Assembly: GCA_965235115.1 (NCBI GenBank)
Contig: OZ249436.1
Span: forward strand, 11,596,001 to 11,660,000
Reading direction: 5' to 3'
DNA length: 64,000 nucleotides
Source: Laetmonice hystrix
Lineage: Eukaryota
Shown: in pieces, positions 52,090 through 64,000 of the stretch
Layout of the letters: each line of letters begins with the position of its first letter
Position numbering within the stretch: the first letter of the stretch is position 1
Program-made: the position numbers and the translations under genes
Notes under the pieces: model-generated
Told to the model about the DNA's origin: nothing
Database searches by the model: none
The model's input: only the letters and a program-made list of their open reading frames with translations

Positions 52090-53260
52090 AATGCATGAAT
52101 GGCCCACGGAGTTGTGTGGTGTTCCACAAACACCGGTGACGTCGGATTCTGCGGCTGGTGTTGTTGTGCCAGTGATGGAGGAAACGGTGTCTGGACGTTT
52201 CGAGCGCGAACCAGTTCGAGCGCCGGCCACTTCGAGCGCCGACGCCGACCACTTCGAGCGCGACTATTTCACAACTCGGCCTGTATTTCACAAGTTCCGT
52301 TCTCAGAAGTCAGCAAGAATTGTATCCCTATCTTTCGTATGATGATATTACTAGTGGCTATTAGTCATATTGCGACAGTGACAGTGTCCTCCCTACGGCC
52401 CGCTCGAATGGGGCCGCGCTCAACTGGCCGCGCTCAGCGGTCTCGATCGAAATCTACCCCCGACGAGCGGGCGTAGCACGCGGGCGGCTCCGCCGACGGA
52501 GGCCCGCTCAACTGGTCGGTGCTCAAACTGGTTCGCGCTCGAACTGGCAATGGAGCGGCGCTCGAACTGGTCCGCGCTCGAAACGTCCTGGGACCGAGGA
52601 AACTAGGCCGCCTAGCTGCGTGGAGATTGGCGAGAACGGTCGGAGTCTGACAGATTAGAGGACACGAATCAGCATCATTGCTGACGTCAGTGGCTTGCCC
52701 AGACAAGTTGAAGTGACAGATGAGCAGGTCTATAGACGTCGGTGTTCTGTTTATGGGACGGTATCTCTCCACAATCTGGTTGACACATTGCCATTCGGAG
52801 CTGGATTAAAACCCCAAGTGTTCTTGCAGGGACGTGTCAGTTCGTCTGGAGTTGAGGCCAGTCAGTGTTGTGTCGATTAGGATACACATTACCTATTCAA
52901 CTATACCCACACGTAAGGCTGTAACCCGGCCAGCATATCATTGCACTACGCTGTCACTACCAGAGCAGAGGCAGTGAGACTGGATTGGATCCGTTGTGGT
53001 GTTCATTCATGTAGATTTACGTCACTCATTCATTGAGACTGGGAGAGCGTGAAGACAAGACTTGATTGGATTTCCAACAACGTAACATTCACTGACATCA
53101 AGATCATTTTGGATAAGAATTTACGATCATTCTCCAAGGCTGTCAGTGGACGAAGCTGGTCACAAAGACTGGGTCGTAGATGATAATGATCGGTGGTCGG
53201 GAACATATACTTAATCTGATGACTATCAAACAAGCAGCCAGGGAGTTTCAACCTGCAAGG
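52090..53260 (-). pseudogene. Decayed Penelope-like retroelement 3' region (linker plus GIY-YIG endonuclease), interrupted by the 6-bp-TSD MITE
   Basis: Collinear frameshifted motifs on minus: KYMFP-PPIII-Y-RPSLCDQL (cf. KxIFPxPPIIAYRRPxNLRDxLV), SLQEHL (cf. RFxEHL), HFNLSG..-MLIRVL (cf. HFNLPGHxxxDMxVxV). Confidence 0.5.
52185..52596. mobile_element. MITE with a perfect 6-bp TSD (AGGAAA)
   Basis: AGGAAA|cggtgtctggacgtttcgagcgcgaaccagttcgagcgcc ... ggcgctcgaactggtccgcgctcgaaacgtcctgggaccg|AGGAAA; subterminal ttcgagcgc repeats. Confidence 0.9.
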
Positions 53261-53739
53261 GTATGTAGTCGACAATTTGCAATCTTAACAATGAAAAAGG
53301 AGGTTAATTATAGGAATATCAGGGATATTCTTCATCATTGCCCTATTTTTTGAGGCCAAAAAATTTGAGAAAACAGTTTTTGCCCAGTTGATATTTTAAT
53401 GATTTATGTAAAAACTTTAGGCTGGCCATCAGCTTTGAAACCATGGTCTGTCATGAAACTGAAATTCTTATTATTTCCCCCTGCCATTCAATTAATTTTA
53501 TATTATAGCACTGTCAGTCCATGCACGAGAATATTGATCAGGGGAATTGACTTATATTATAATTAAATGTTAAACCTCCATTAGGGTTACTTAAGAATGG
53601 ATAATCATTTTTTACAGACCAGGGGTAGATTAGTAATTTTTTACTTTGGCTAGTATCTGTTGGTAATTATGTTTGAGGCAGCCAAACTCATAGTCGAATA
53701 TCTCCTAGTGGTACGTAAGTAGTAACAATTTTTGGTACC

Positions 53740-54040
53740 TTGTTCACTTATATCAATTTAATCTGAACACAAGCAAGTTTGAAAGAAATCCAGATAATTT
53801 TGTCTGAGCTATTGCTCCAAATGGCAACCAAGTGGCCATTTTAAATGATATCAAAATTTTGTTTCAACTTTCACCTGTGTCATCCTTAGACTGCCCCTGA
53901 TCATTATGTAATGTTTCACGATAATGTGGTTATCAATTTGACCAATACACATATGAGAAATCGCTGTCTATGGACGTATGTACAGACGGATTGAGGGCAA
54001 ACTAAAAGCCCCAGGTGGAAATAACACATGAGGGTTGTAA
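53740..54040 (+). mobile_element. Possible degraded Helentron-associated (HINE/pearl-like) element
   Basis: aagtttgaaagaaatcc / atgtttcacgataat type repeats, followed by a GACG/GACA-like microsatellite remnant (ggacgtatgtacagacgga) and a degenerate terminal hairpin. Confidence 0.35.
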
Positions 54041-56889
54041 ATGAGCACCTGAAAAATCTGTACCTAGTTAATATATGGGGTTAAATTCAACCCAAAATTG
54101 GGTTATATAATTTTAACCCAATTTCTGGGTTACGACCCCAACCCAAATTGAAATACCCCAACGTTGGTATCAGGGTTCCCGTTGTCGCCAAAGCACCGAC
54201 ACGCGATGGGTCGCTGTGCTGACAAGTGCCTCCGCCTAGCTGAAAATTTGAAAAATTTGCTTAAAAACATCTAGAGACTAGATTACAAAGTTGTATCGTC
54301 CAGATCAAAGACCTACAGGTGTAGGTGGTGTAGCCTTAGACTGACAGTCGTAACCAAGTATGGTAAGCATGCTAAATATTAGCATGGCAAGTCTTGATAA
54401 CATTGATTTTAGTATGGAGCAGAAGTGGTCTATCACTGATTATTTAACTAATGTTTTGTATTATACTGTAAAACTCACATTAAAACGAAATGCCATGTTT
54501 TGTTATATATGTTTTCATTCTTTCACCCTTAGAATGAAACCCCAATGAGTCATTTAAGAGTGTTTAAAGCCGCGATTGTTAAAATGCATGAGAAATAATC
54601 CTTTTTCTCAAGATTTTCTGGGGGAGCATGCCCCCGGACTCCCCTAGAAAGGTGGCCGCCTACGTAGTGGCGTCTCCAGCCCGTTTCAGTTGGGGGGGGG
54701 GGGGGCTAGAGGAAATTGGAGGAGCGGGCTCAAGCCCCTCCCTGCCACCACCACCCCATTTGTTTACTGCCATCCTTCCAGGAACGGTTAGAAGTAAACT
54801 GTTCTTAACAGATATAATGCATACACAGTTTGATCCATCATTAAATTATGTGATGAAGATGAGGGCAGGGTTAGAAGAACTTGGAGGAACATTTGAAATG
54901 TGCAGTCGACAGTCATTTCAGAGTGTAGGCCTATTTTAACATGATAAATCTCAGATACGTGGAAATACAATTAACGGATGTTTTTCAACCTGTATGAAAC
55001 TAAGAGACTGTCGTACAATTTGGCTGCACCCCATTTGTTTACTGCCAGCGTTCCAGGAACAGATAGAGGAAATCCCTTCTCGTACAGGTAAACAGTGTAT
55101 GGTATGGAACAATGTCTTTCTTGTCACTGGTGTTCCTGTCGTGGTCGGCGTTCTGTTTTTGCCAGTACATGTTTTAACCAAGTGAGCCCAAGAAACTTTG
55201 GACGTGCAGTATCTGAGGTCCTTGCGTTTACTTGGAGGGCAGGGAGTTCGATTGAGTCACAGCTGAGCCATCGAACTTCCGTTGTTGTGGCCTCAGTAGT
55301 GACACACACATGATGTAAATACTTGGATTAGAGGATTGAAAATACCGGTAGTCGTTTCTGCAATATTTATATAACCCAAATCTTAGAACTTTAAAAAAGT
55401 CTGCATTAATAATTTGCCGACATATGTACCTCCAAGAAAATGTAACTAAAATATTCTTTTTAATTTACAGTATTGCTGGAAACCAATGTAAATATGGACA
55501 CAGCCAGCCTTTTAACATGAGATTGATCAGGGTTTGCAGTCACTATTTTCTTGTGAAATAAGCGATCATGAAAAAAAAGTTGTCAAAAGGGCATATAAAT
55601 ACTTGAATTGTTCAGAAAAGCGTGCAAACCCTGATCACTACAGTTATAACACTGGAATGTTGAATGTCATCAAGGAACTGACTGCCACGGATGTCCCGGC
55701 AAACAGTTTAAATTTTTACACACCAATGGCTGCAGTGTCGGTGTATCATTCAGGTTAGCATGTATGCCTCAGTGTTGTTCCTTATCAGGCAACATCCTGT
55801 GTATTGTAGGCCTACTTAGGTTCTTTGAGCTGTCGATGAACAGACAGCTATCACTACTCTGCTAGTGCTATCTCTCGCCTTTTGAAGATATACGATGAAA
55901 AGAGAACTAGTTTTGTAATTTAGTAAGAGTTATTTATATGTGAGAGTCAAACTAATTGCCTGCTTAAGAATACGTAAGAACTATCATTCTGATATAGTAA
56001 CTGGCAGAGCAATGTATCGTATTTCATCGAGACCTTCCTGTATTTAGTGTATTATCATGAACACAGAGCTTTGTGAATTATTTCTTTATTAAACAGTGCA
56101 TAAATAGCACCCAGGCAGTTGTGACTGTCCTGGCGACGTCCTGCAATTTAGGAATTTCATTGCAATTTTGAGTTTAAAGGAGGGAACCCATCTCTGAAAT
56201 CAAGGATGGAGAGCCAGTATAAATTTCTAGTTTCAAGTGGTTTAATTTTATCTTTAAAACAAAAATCGTTTGGACACTGTTATGGCAGTCTCTTTTCTGG
56301 GATAGCCCCTTGTGTGCTCTCATCATGTGGAAGTATAATGTGAGATAGTAAGGCAACTTATTGTACCTGATTTCTGGAACTAGAGTGTGATTATCAGGAA
56401 AGCCAAGGTCAGATAACTTATCACAGAAAGCTATCAGTAACTACGTCAAAGAAAGACACACATTGTGAAGTGCCATATTATGACTCATACTTCATATGCA
56501 CAATTCGACATTCTTTCATTTTGATGATTCATTAAGGTAGATCCTTTGTCAACAGTGATTAACAATTTTACATCATGTGATCTTCGCTTGTTTTTGGGGG
56601 TATCTTTTTTTTTAACTGCGTTATTGATTTGTTGACATAGGAATAGGTGGAGTAATTAAGAAGTCTAATATCGTATGTATCTGGTTCAGAGGTCATTGGT
56701 ATACATGTACCGTACTTGGATTTGAGGTCACCATGAAGAAACCACTTGCCGTCTTTCAATATTATGTACTACTGTATTCAACTGAAACGGGTTTTTATCA
56801 GATTTGTTCTGGTCTTTTCACTTTGAACCTGCCCATCATTGTTGTGGATGAACCTTTAAAAGGAATGTGTAGAAGTAACCAATCATTTG

Positions 56890-57650
56890 TTAAAGTTTAA
56901 CTTCCCTAATGACGAAAACAGCCAAGGTAGCGAATTCACGTGAGAGTGAGTAGGGACAGCCCCGTACATGACAAGGTATCAGCTGAGATAACGTGAACTT
57001 GTTGATCAGCGTGCTCACGGTCAGGCCCCTACAGATTGCGACCTGACTAAGCCAGGCAGCAAAGTGGGCGAGGTCACTGTCCGTTGGAGATAACCCCAAC
57101 GACTGCAGTCAGGTGTGTCTGCAACCTTGGCCAGGTCAGTTATACCTACTATTCCGCCAGGGCCACCCACCCCTAACAACCAGTCCATGCATCATCTTAG
57201 TTAACCAACCAACCACGTTGTAGTATCGCAGTTGGCTGCACACTACGGCATGTATATTTATGGGTGTAAACGGCATTAGGCGTTCAGAAAAGAAGACAGA
57301 CATTCGGCGACACACGGGAAACAAAGTTCAGTGTTGGGTCCTTGGACCCTACTCAGCACATACACGGAGCAGTGGTTTGTACTGTCAACGTTTCTCGACA
57401 ACCAACCACCACTGCTTTGGCAGCCGACTAGGAGGAACAGTTAGGAATTTACAGACGTGTGGCGAGAGGAGAGGTGTGCCAATGATTGGTGGATGTAACT
57501 CCTCCAGAGTGGGCTGGGGGAAGAATCGTCTTTGCTGTACCAACAAAATGTACGCGCATCACCAGCCTAGTGGGACTCGTTTCTGCTGTTGTTGCAATAG
57601 TTCACAGGATTCGTATCATTCCCAGGTGAGTCGTACACGTCATGGTCATT
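56890..57650 (-). pseudogene. Decayed tyrosine-recombinase retrotransposon (Ngaro/DIRS): RNase H followed by the YR N-terminus
   Basis: Minus strand, in order: LGW*CAY, LF-LV-AAK-QW, SVYVLSR-GSKDPTL (cf. AVVxVLNxGSSKDPxLM), then SPTDSDLAHFAAWL...GLTVSTL...IREVK (cf. YR N-domain PxxxxLxxFxAxL..GLxxSTI....LRGVK). Confidence 0.6.
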
Positions 57651-58227
57651 GATAAGCACCTCCTCAGGTCAACCATATTGGGCTAGGTTCAAGAAAAATG
57701 TTTGCGACTTTATAAAAGGATTTGCTTTGTTGGTCATCAAGGTTTCGTAAATAAATTAAGGAGGGGAGACTTTATGTAAGGTTGTTTCACCCACTTCGCA
57801 ATGATAGTCCCACAAAGTATTAAACTTTCGGCAGAAGGTCATGTTAACTAATATAACAAAAGTGAAATGATGGAGGAAACAGGTAATTAGGATTAGAAAT
57901 GAGGATTTCTTTTTAAACATGGGTAAGCCAGAATTATATGAAGTTCAGTTGGGAAATTAGTTGATTTTTGGCCAATGTTGAAATGTAGTTTTGTCATATG
58001 CTGGAACACGGGAGTGCACTGATGACAGATCGGTGAAGCCGTTTAGATTATATCAAAAAGTTTGTCTGTATCCCAGTCATGTATGAAGCAAAGAGGCAAG
58101 AACTTTACTTTTGATAACAACTGCAGACTGCAAGACCGGTTATACAAATTTCTTCACAACAGGTTCTGAGTGGGGGGGGGGGGGGGGATAAGGATAAGGA
58201 TAAGTTTTGGGAGGCGTAGGGACTCGG

Positions 58228-58348
58228 GGGGGGGGGAGTTCAGTAAGCTTCCGACCGGCGATGGACCAAAAATTGCAGGCCCTACAACCAAGCGACAGAC
58301 TGTCCGTCGCCGGTCGGACGGTCCGACGCGCTTAGTGAAACACCCCCC
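58228..58348. mobile_element. Small PIF/Harbinger-like MITE
   Basis: Imperfect TIRs ggggggagttcagtaagc / gcttagtgaaacaccccc. Confidence 0.5.
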
Positions 58349-61063
58349 TGGGTTAGGGAGAAGGTCGGGGCTATGGATCTTTACTTCTGATCAAATTTCC
58401 TGGGGGTTAAGTTATGATGGGGGGATATACCCCTCCAAATAGAACCATTGCGTTCCTGGGGCATTTCCATTGCATTATGCATGTTGATTATAATTGAGAG
58501 GCAGAAGGATGGACGTGTAGCATATAAACGACTACCTTATGTGTTATTACCGAACCGTCATGTATATCGATATGGCAGAAACAAATGAAGGATGGCAATC
58601 ACAATAGGACTTCCTTTTAATGATCATCTAACAGCGATTGTTTTATTTCCAACTGCTAGAAGTGCTAGAAGGTAGAAAGGGTTCGAGCTGGGAAGGTTGA
58701 ATTTGTTTATATTCAGCGATAAGTATCCAGGCACTTACTGGTAAATGTTTGGTCATCGGGCGCCAGAATTAATGTAATGAAGCGCGAAATTATGTTCTTA
58801 CATTAAAAACTCGTGAACAAACTTAAAGTCAACGCCATAATTTAGGAAGCAATCAAGGTGCGGAAGGTTTTCCAGTGTCCATGGGGTATTACAAAAAGTC
58901 ACACTAGTAGTCGTCATATCACAGCAATAATGATTTTTGTGAATTTGTGGAAGAGAAAGTCGGTGAATTTCCTGTCAAATATCGCTGGTTGAATGTACAT
59001 ATACGTTTCAGTATAGAGGCTTGTCTCAATCATGCGATGGTTGATGTAAGTCACAATTCATAGTGCAGTTTGAAGTTTAGAATATTCTCTCCAACAGAAT
59101 TCCTTGCTTATGTTTTTGTGGAGTTTTTTTTTCTGAAAACAACATTTCCCAGTAATAATTTGTATGTACGGCAAATAAGACTATTTTTCGCTTTTTAGTA
59201 ACGAGAATAGATATTCAGATTTTGACCATAGACAAACGTTTTTTGACAAACGTCGCCTAGTGATGGAGCCCACCGTTATTGTTGTCTGAGAGGTGTCTCA
59301 TAGAAGGCTCCAAGTGGGCATTCTAATTAAGCAGTGTATTTCCATTGAGTACATATTGGTTCATCTACAATGTATAGAGTGGAGACCTTTACCATACTAC
59401 ACCGGAAACCTTTTGTGGAGGTATTTCTGCTGAGATTTAAAAGGATACGATTAATTACAAAAGGAGAAAGTTACGGTCGCCTTGTTAACCTGTTCGATAC
59501 CACTGCGTTTCTCAGTCGTTTATGTTTTATTTACCAAGAGGTTTCACGTTCAGTGAACCATTCAAGCTCATTCATCACATTTTTCAGTCGATTCATAGAT
59601 CTGTGGTCTGGATATCGGGGAATTCCACGACTAAAGCTGACTAGCGAATAACCCTCTAAAACGGTACAATAAGTTGTTGGACACTTTTATCATAATCTAC
59701 CAACATGGAATGCTTTCGCATTTTCGGTGGTGGTTTACTGCGCATGTCTTTGAAGGTCATGTGATAGTTCTTCAACGCAGCCCTCTTGAACGTCTTTATT
59801 TTAGATACATGAATGACGTTGATTCCGTTAGATTAATACCTAATCCCTGTTGAATCCCTTTTAAAACGACAAACTTGAGGAGAAAATCGTATTATTTTGC
59901 CTGGAGATATCACAGATAGTTCGAATAGTACCCGAGAGATCTGTTCTCAGAATACTAGATTCTAAAAAGTTATTTCGGCAATGTGTACAGTTAGCGATCC
60001 ATCTGTCCAAGAGCCAACTCACTTCGGTACAGCCTGCCCCCCCCCCCGCCCCTGTTTCTGCTGGAGGCTTGAAATGAGGCATGAAGACGTTTTCAGAATA
60101 CGCTCTCTTCTGAAGTTCACCTAAAGTAGCCAATTGTAAGGTGTTTCAGTTGTGCACTAAACGAGAACTCTTCGATGAGTTCCTATGTTGCATAAATATT
60201 TCTTCTAAGTGACAGTGTCTGTGTCTCGCCTGGAGTAATTGTAGATATCATGGAGGTTGCAATATGCAGCAGTGCCCGTGGAAGCCCGAGTTACATGCAG
60301 TGTATAATAATAGCCTCTCGGAGAATATTGCAGAATGGTCCAGGAGATGGTATTGCTTATTTTTTTACAGTGTGATAGGAGTAAGGCTTCCTTAGGTAAA
60401 CGTGAATAATGTATTAACTAAAAAGATGTTACTGCACTGTTGACTGCGTGACGAAATGTTTCAGCCAATAAATGCAGTGTAGGTGAAACCAGTTGGGTAA
60501 GAATGGAATTGTAAGGTGGAAGATCTTGCAATAGAAACCTGAACCTCCTGCATTTTATTCCGGAAGAGGGCGCAAGGAGTCAGTAGTGTGCACACAACCA
60601 CCCTCGTTTGTCGGATGAACCATGCCTTTGGAATCGTAATGACTTCCAACGTTCCACGTGATGATGATATTTAGCTGTAGGTAGAACCATCAATCAGTAG
60701 CGATTTTTTATTTAATGGTTGCTGAAGCCGAGATGCTACATGACTTGTAAAGTGGTAATAAGGTTATACCATATTGTATAATTTAGAAGTATAGTCTCAA
60801 AACGCGATTATTGTTGACTTTACCGACCATAAAATACCAAAATAGCCCGTGTACACGGCAGTATAAGTCGGCCGCGTGGATTAGCAGGTGTCCGATTTCA
60901 GGCCCAATTCCTCATAGTTGTCATAGCAGCAATTGAGCAAAGAAACGTAGAGTCGGCAACTCAAATTAGGCCAAAACATCTGGGAACCAATCGGGAGGAT
61001 GGCCGCATAGGTCTGTATTTTTATAGTTTTCGTTAAATTATGCGAAATCTCAGGGCTGATTAC

Positions 61064-61250
61064 AGCCGCTTTCACATGCACACGGTTTGTGGCGTGCGGC
61101 GTGCGTTTTTTGGCAAAAATTGAACAACTGAAAATAGATAAAAACCCGTTCACATGCCTCCGGTTTGTGGCGTGCGGCGATTTACATTTGTTACATTATT
61201 AACAAAAACGCACGCCGCACGCCGCACACCGTATACATGTGAAACCGACT
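61064..61250. mobile_element. PIF/Harbinger-like palindromic MITE
   Basis: agccgctttcacatgcacacggtttgtggcgtgcggcgtgcgttttt / aaaaacgcacgccgcacgccgcacaccgtatacatgtgaaaccgact. Confidence 0.8.
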
Positions 61251-62074
61251 TGACACGTAAAAACTGTATATCCTTGATATTGGGTGTAAAATTGCCAATC
61301 CAGAGGGCGGTTCTTTCTCCTTCCTTGGAAGAAAACTCCACCGTCCTTCATCGAACAGGCCTATCTGCACTACACACTTAATCAGATGTAGCCATTCTGT
61401 GTTTAATTCGCTATAGAGTTTCAGAGAGGCGGTTGATAGTACACAGAAGTGTGACTTACAATCATACAACATAGGGAATTACGGTAGGTCTTAAAAAAAC
61501 TAAAGAAAGCAACATTATGAGGGGCACCAGTACTAGCAATAACTTGATTCTAAGAACGATTCCTTGAAAGCCTTTGCTGAAATATAGGCGCGACTGACAT
61601 CTACCGGGGATATGCCAGCAGTTATATGGACCGCGGCAGAATCGCATGTCCCCAACATCAGCAGCCAGAAGTAAAGTAAATAATGTGACATTGACAAGGA
61701 GCTGTCTCCTTGTGTGATCCAAGACAGTTTGAATCGCCTGCTACTATTATATCACATAAGTGCATCTTTGCTGAATAGCTGTTATCTTACATTGTGAGAC
61801 CAACACATTTTGGTAACATGAAATTATCTTTTTAGTCTATTGAGTACCGTAACCCAAAATACAGAAACACTCTTATCAACCAACACTGGATCTTTGCATG
61901 ATGTGAGGGAAATTGTTGCTGGCCTTTGGTTGTTTTGATCTTTTACACCTGTAGGTATGGGTAAGGCTGCATTGGTACAGGACATATACACACATGGTAC
62001 ATGTGTACATGCAAACATATTGGCAGCTGTAGCACGAATTACTTTGCCATATAATATCGTACTTTTTGTACATA

Positions 62075-62303
62075 AAGGGTGACCCAGCAAAATTCAGGAT
62101 GGGAGTTTACATAGTACTTCTAAGTATTGTTCATAATAATTAATTTCAACCCTTTTCTACACACAGACCTGTACATATAATGTGTGTACACATTTACCAC
62201 ATAGGAGCGTTCGTTTACGACATTAGTACTCTCTTTGCTCCCCAAAATTTAATATGTAATAAATCATGAAATATTCCATCCAGAATTTTGCTGGGTCACC
62301 CTT
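62075..62303. mobile_element. Tc1/mariner-like MITE
   Basis: TA|aagggtgacccagcaaaattcaggatgg ... ccatccagaattttgctgggtcaccctt|TA. Confidence 0.88.
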
Positions 62304-62629
62304 TATTTCCAGCAATTTGTGTATAAATCTGTGTACTGAGTCTAAGGTTCTGCGCAGAAGCTTGGTTACTGTTCGTACGGTAGGTTCAACAGAACGGCTC
62401 AGATGGCTATGATTGAGTAATTTGTGGTAGATTTTGGTTGACCACCAGGAAAAGTTAACATACAGATCTTACCGTAAGGTGTTAGGTATAACTACCTGCG
62501 TGGCTAGTATTTCTCATTGATGAAAACTAAGATTTCAAGAAGTTTTCTCAAGAAGCTTTAAGGTTTGTAACATGGAATAGGCATTTATTACTAAGGCAGT
62601 GTCCAATATACCGTTACTGTGCTACCTTT

Positions 62630-62861
62630 AAGCCCTGAACCCACTATGCGATTTATGCCTTGCGACACCAGTCGCAAGCCTTGCGACACCAATCGCAAGC
62701 CTTGCGACACCAATCGCAAGGCTTGCGACACTAATCGCAAGGCTTGTGATAATATCAAACATGTTTGATATTTCCCCGTCTTGTCGCAAGCCTTGCGACA
62801 GGCTCGTCGCAAACGTTGCGAGGAGCCTATCGCAAGGCATCGCATAGTGGGTTCAGGGCTT
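62630..62861. mobile_element. PIF/Harbinger-like MITE with internal 21-bp hairpin repeats
   Basis: 23-bp perfect TIR aagccctgaacccactatgcgat; internal unit gccttgcgacaccaatcgcaa repeated about 4 times. Confidence 0.88.
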
Positions 62862-64000
62862 TCGTCACAGAAGTTTTATGGTGTTTAGTAAACAGTGCTA
62901 TCTTATGGATAGAAATCTCCTTAACGACAAATCTTTAATATTCTGGTAATATTAAAAGTCCGGTCATAAAATGTGTCATGAACCCATAAAAAAAGTAGTT
63001 GTTTCCTCCGTTTAAAAATATTAGTATTTAGAAATAGCGAGAGAACGCTGGTCAATGTTCATATTATATGCTACTGTACAGTAGTACGACATGCTACGAC
63101 TAGAAATAATGAGTTGTCCAGGACCTGTCTTCTGGCCGGTGGTTAGTGTCCGAGACCTGCCCCAGGCACCGATAGGTAGCTTTGTGAAGACCTAACCCAC
63201 TAGGTCGTCAATATCATGTTAAAACTGACTCGTCACAATCACAATACTCAGTTGCTCTTTTCACAAGCTGCTGTGATTCATTCAAAGGAATGCATTTAAT
63301 GGCAACCAAATGATCTAACCATTTCCTTTTTTGTTTTGCTTTGTTGAAGTGAATGCAAGGTAATAGGTTTCCAGTTATGATCAGCACAATGACCATTGAC
63401 AAACACAATGACCATTGACAAACACATCATGCAGAGATATTTAAAGAAATTTAATGGTCATGTAAATGCAGTCGTTAGCCAGGACGTGGTGTGGGTGTTA
63501 AATATAGCTCTTCGTCTATGTTTCTGTACATACATTTAGTTGCTATATTCGTCTTCAAACATAACTATCAGTATTTTGAAAGGAAAAATATGCTGTAAGT
63601 GTGTTTGAAATAATGTATAAATAAATGCTCCAATATAACAAGTGCCAAGACTCATCAGCACCCTATTTAACTGATTTTTTTCATGTTAATACACTATACA
63701 GTAAAGATGAGAACGAATTTATAAACGTGCCATATGAGGGCATGAGAAAAGAATTTTTAATGCCGGATTAAGACGTCATACTCGGAGAGATAACTGCTGA
63801 TCACACACCAACTCCAGTTCAAGTGTCGGAATCGCGCACTGAGCAGACAGTCTCACCTGTACATGGGATGGAAAATGGTGAATACTACGGGCCAGGTCAT
63901 GGCCGCTTGATAAAAATGGTCCAGGTCAGCATCATTATGGCATGCAGAATCACCGACCGCGTGTTAAGATGACCCCTGTGCAAACATCTTTCCTTACCCA

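Noticed and set aside
63857..64000. Minus-strand exon ending CAG|GTGAGA at the window edge
   Set aside because: No recognisable protein; it could be a UTR exon but cannot be supported from sequence alone.

Overview
This is eukaryotic DNA, AT-rich and dense in repeats, probably from a marine invertebrate; the species cannot be determined from the sequence. The only well-supported gene is the 5' part of a PLA2G6 / iPLA2-beta (calcium-independent phospholipase A2, ankyrin-repeat N-terminus) orthologue on the minus strand. I reconstructed five coding exons by hand (43447-43344, 39961-39860, 20817-20602, 4992-4812, 827-640). All have canonical AG/GT sites and compatible phases, giving 791 nt of continuous frame that continues beyond base 1. 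The introns (3.4, 19.0, 15.6 and 4.0 kb) and the upstream 20 kb contain many non-autonomous DNA transposons (Tc1/mariner-, Kolobok-, PIF/Harbinger-, hAT-, EnSpm- and Crypton-like). They also hold two tRNA-derived SINEs (V-domain and Deu-domain like), decayed Penelope-, DIRS/Ngaro- and RTE-like fragments, and several minisatellites, including a 29-copy 48/49-bp array. Nearly all ORFs in the six-frame track are spurious. I found no convincing new biological system. The most interesting items are an extra intron relative to vertebrate PLA2G6, a 464-bp foldback element whose core recurs on the other side of the first coding exons, a MITE with a 6-bp TSD inside a Penelope fossil, and an unexplained GC-rich island. 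Family assignments come from my recall of motifs, not from database searches.
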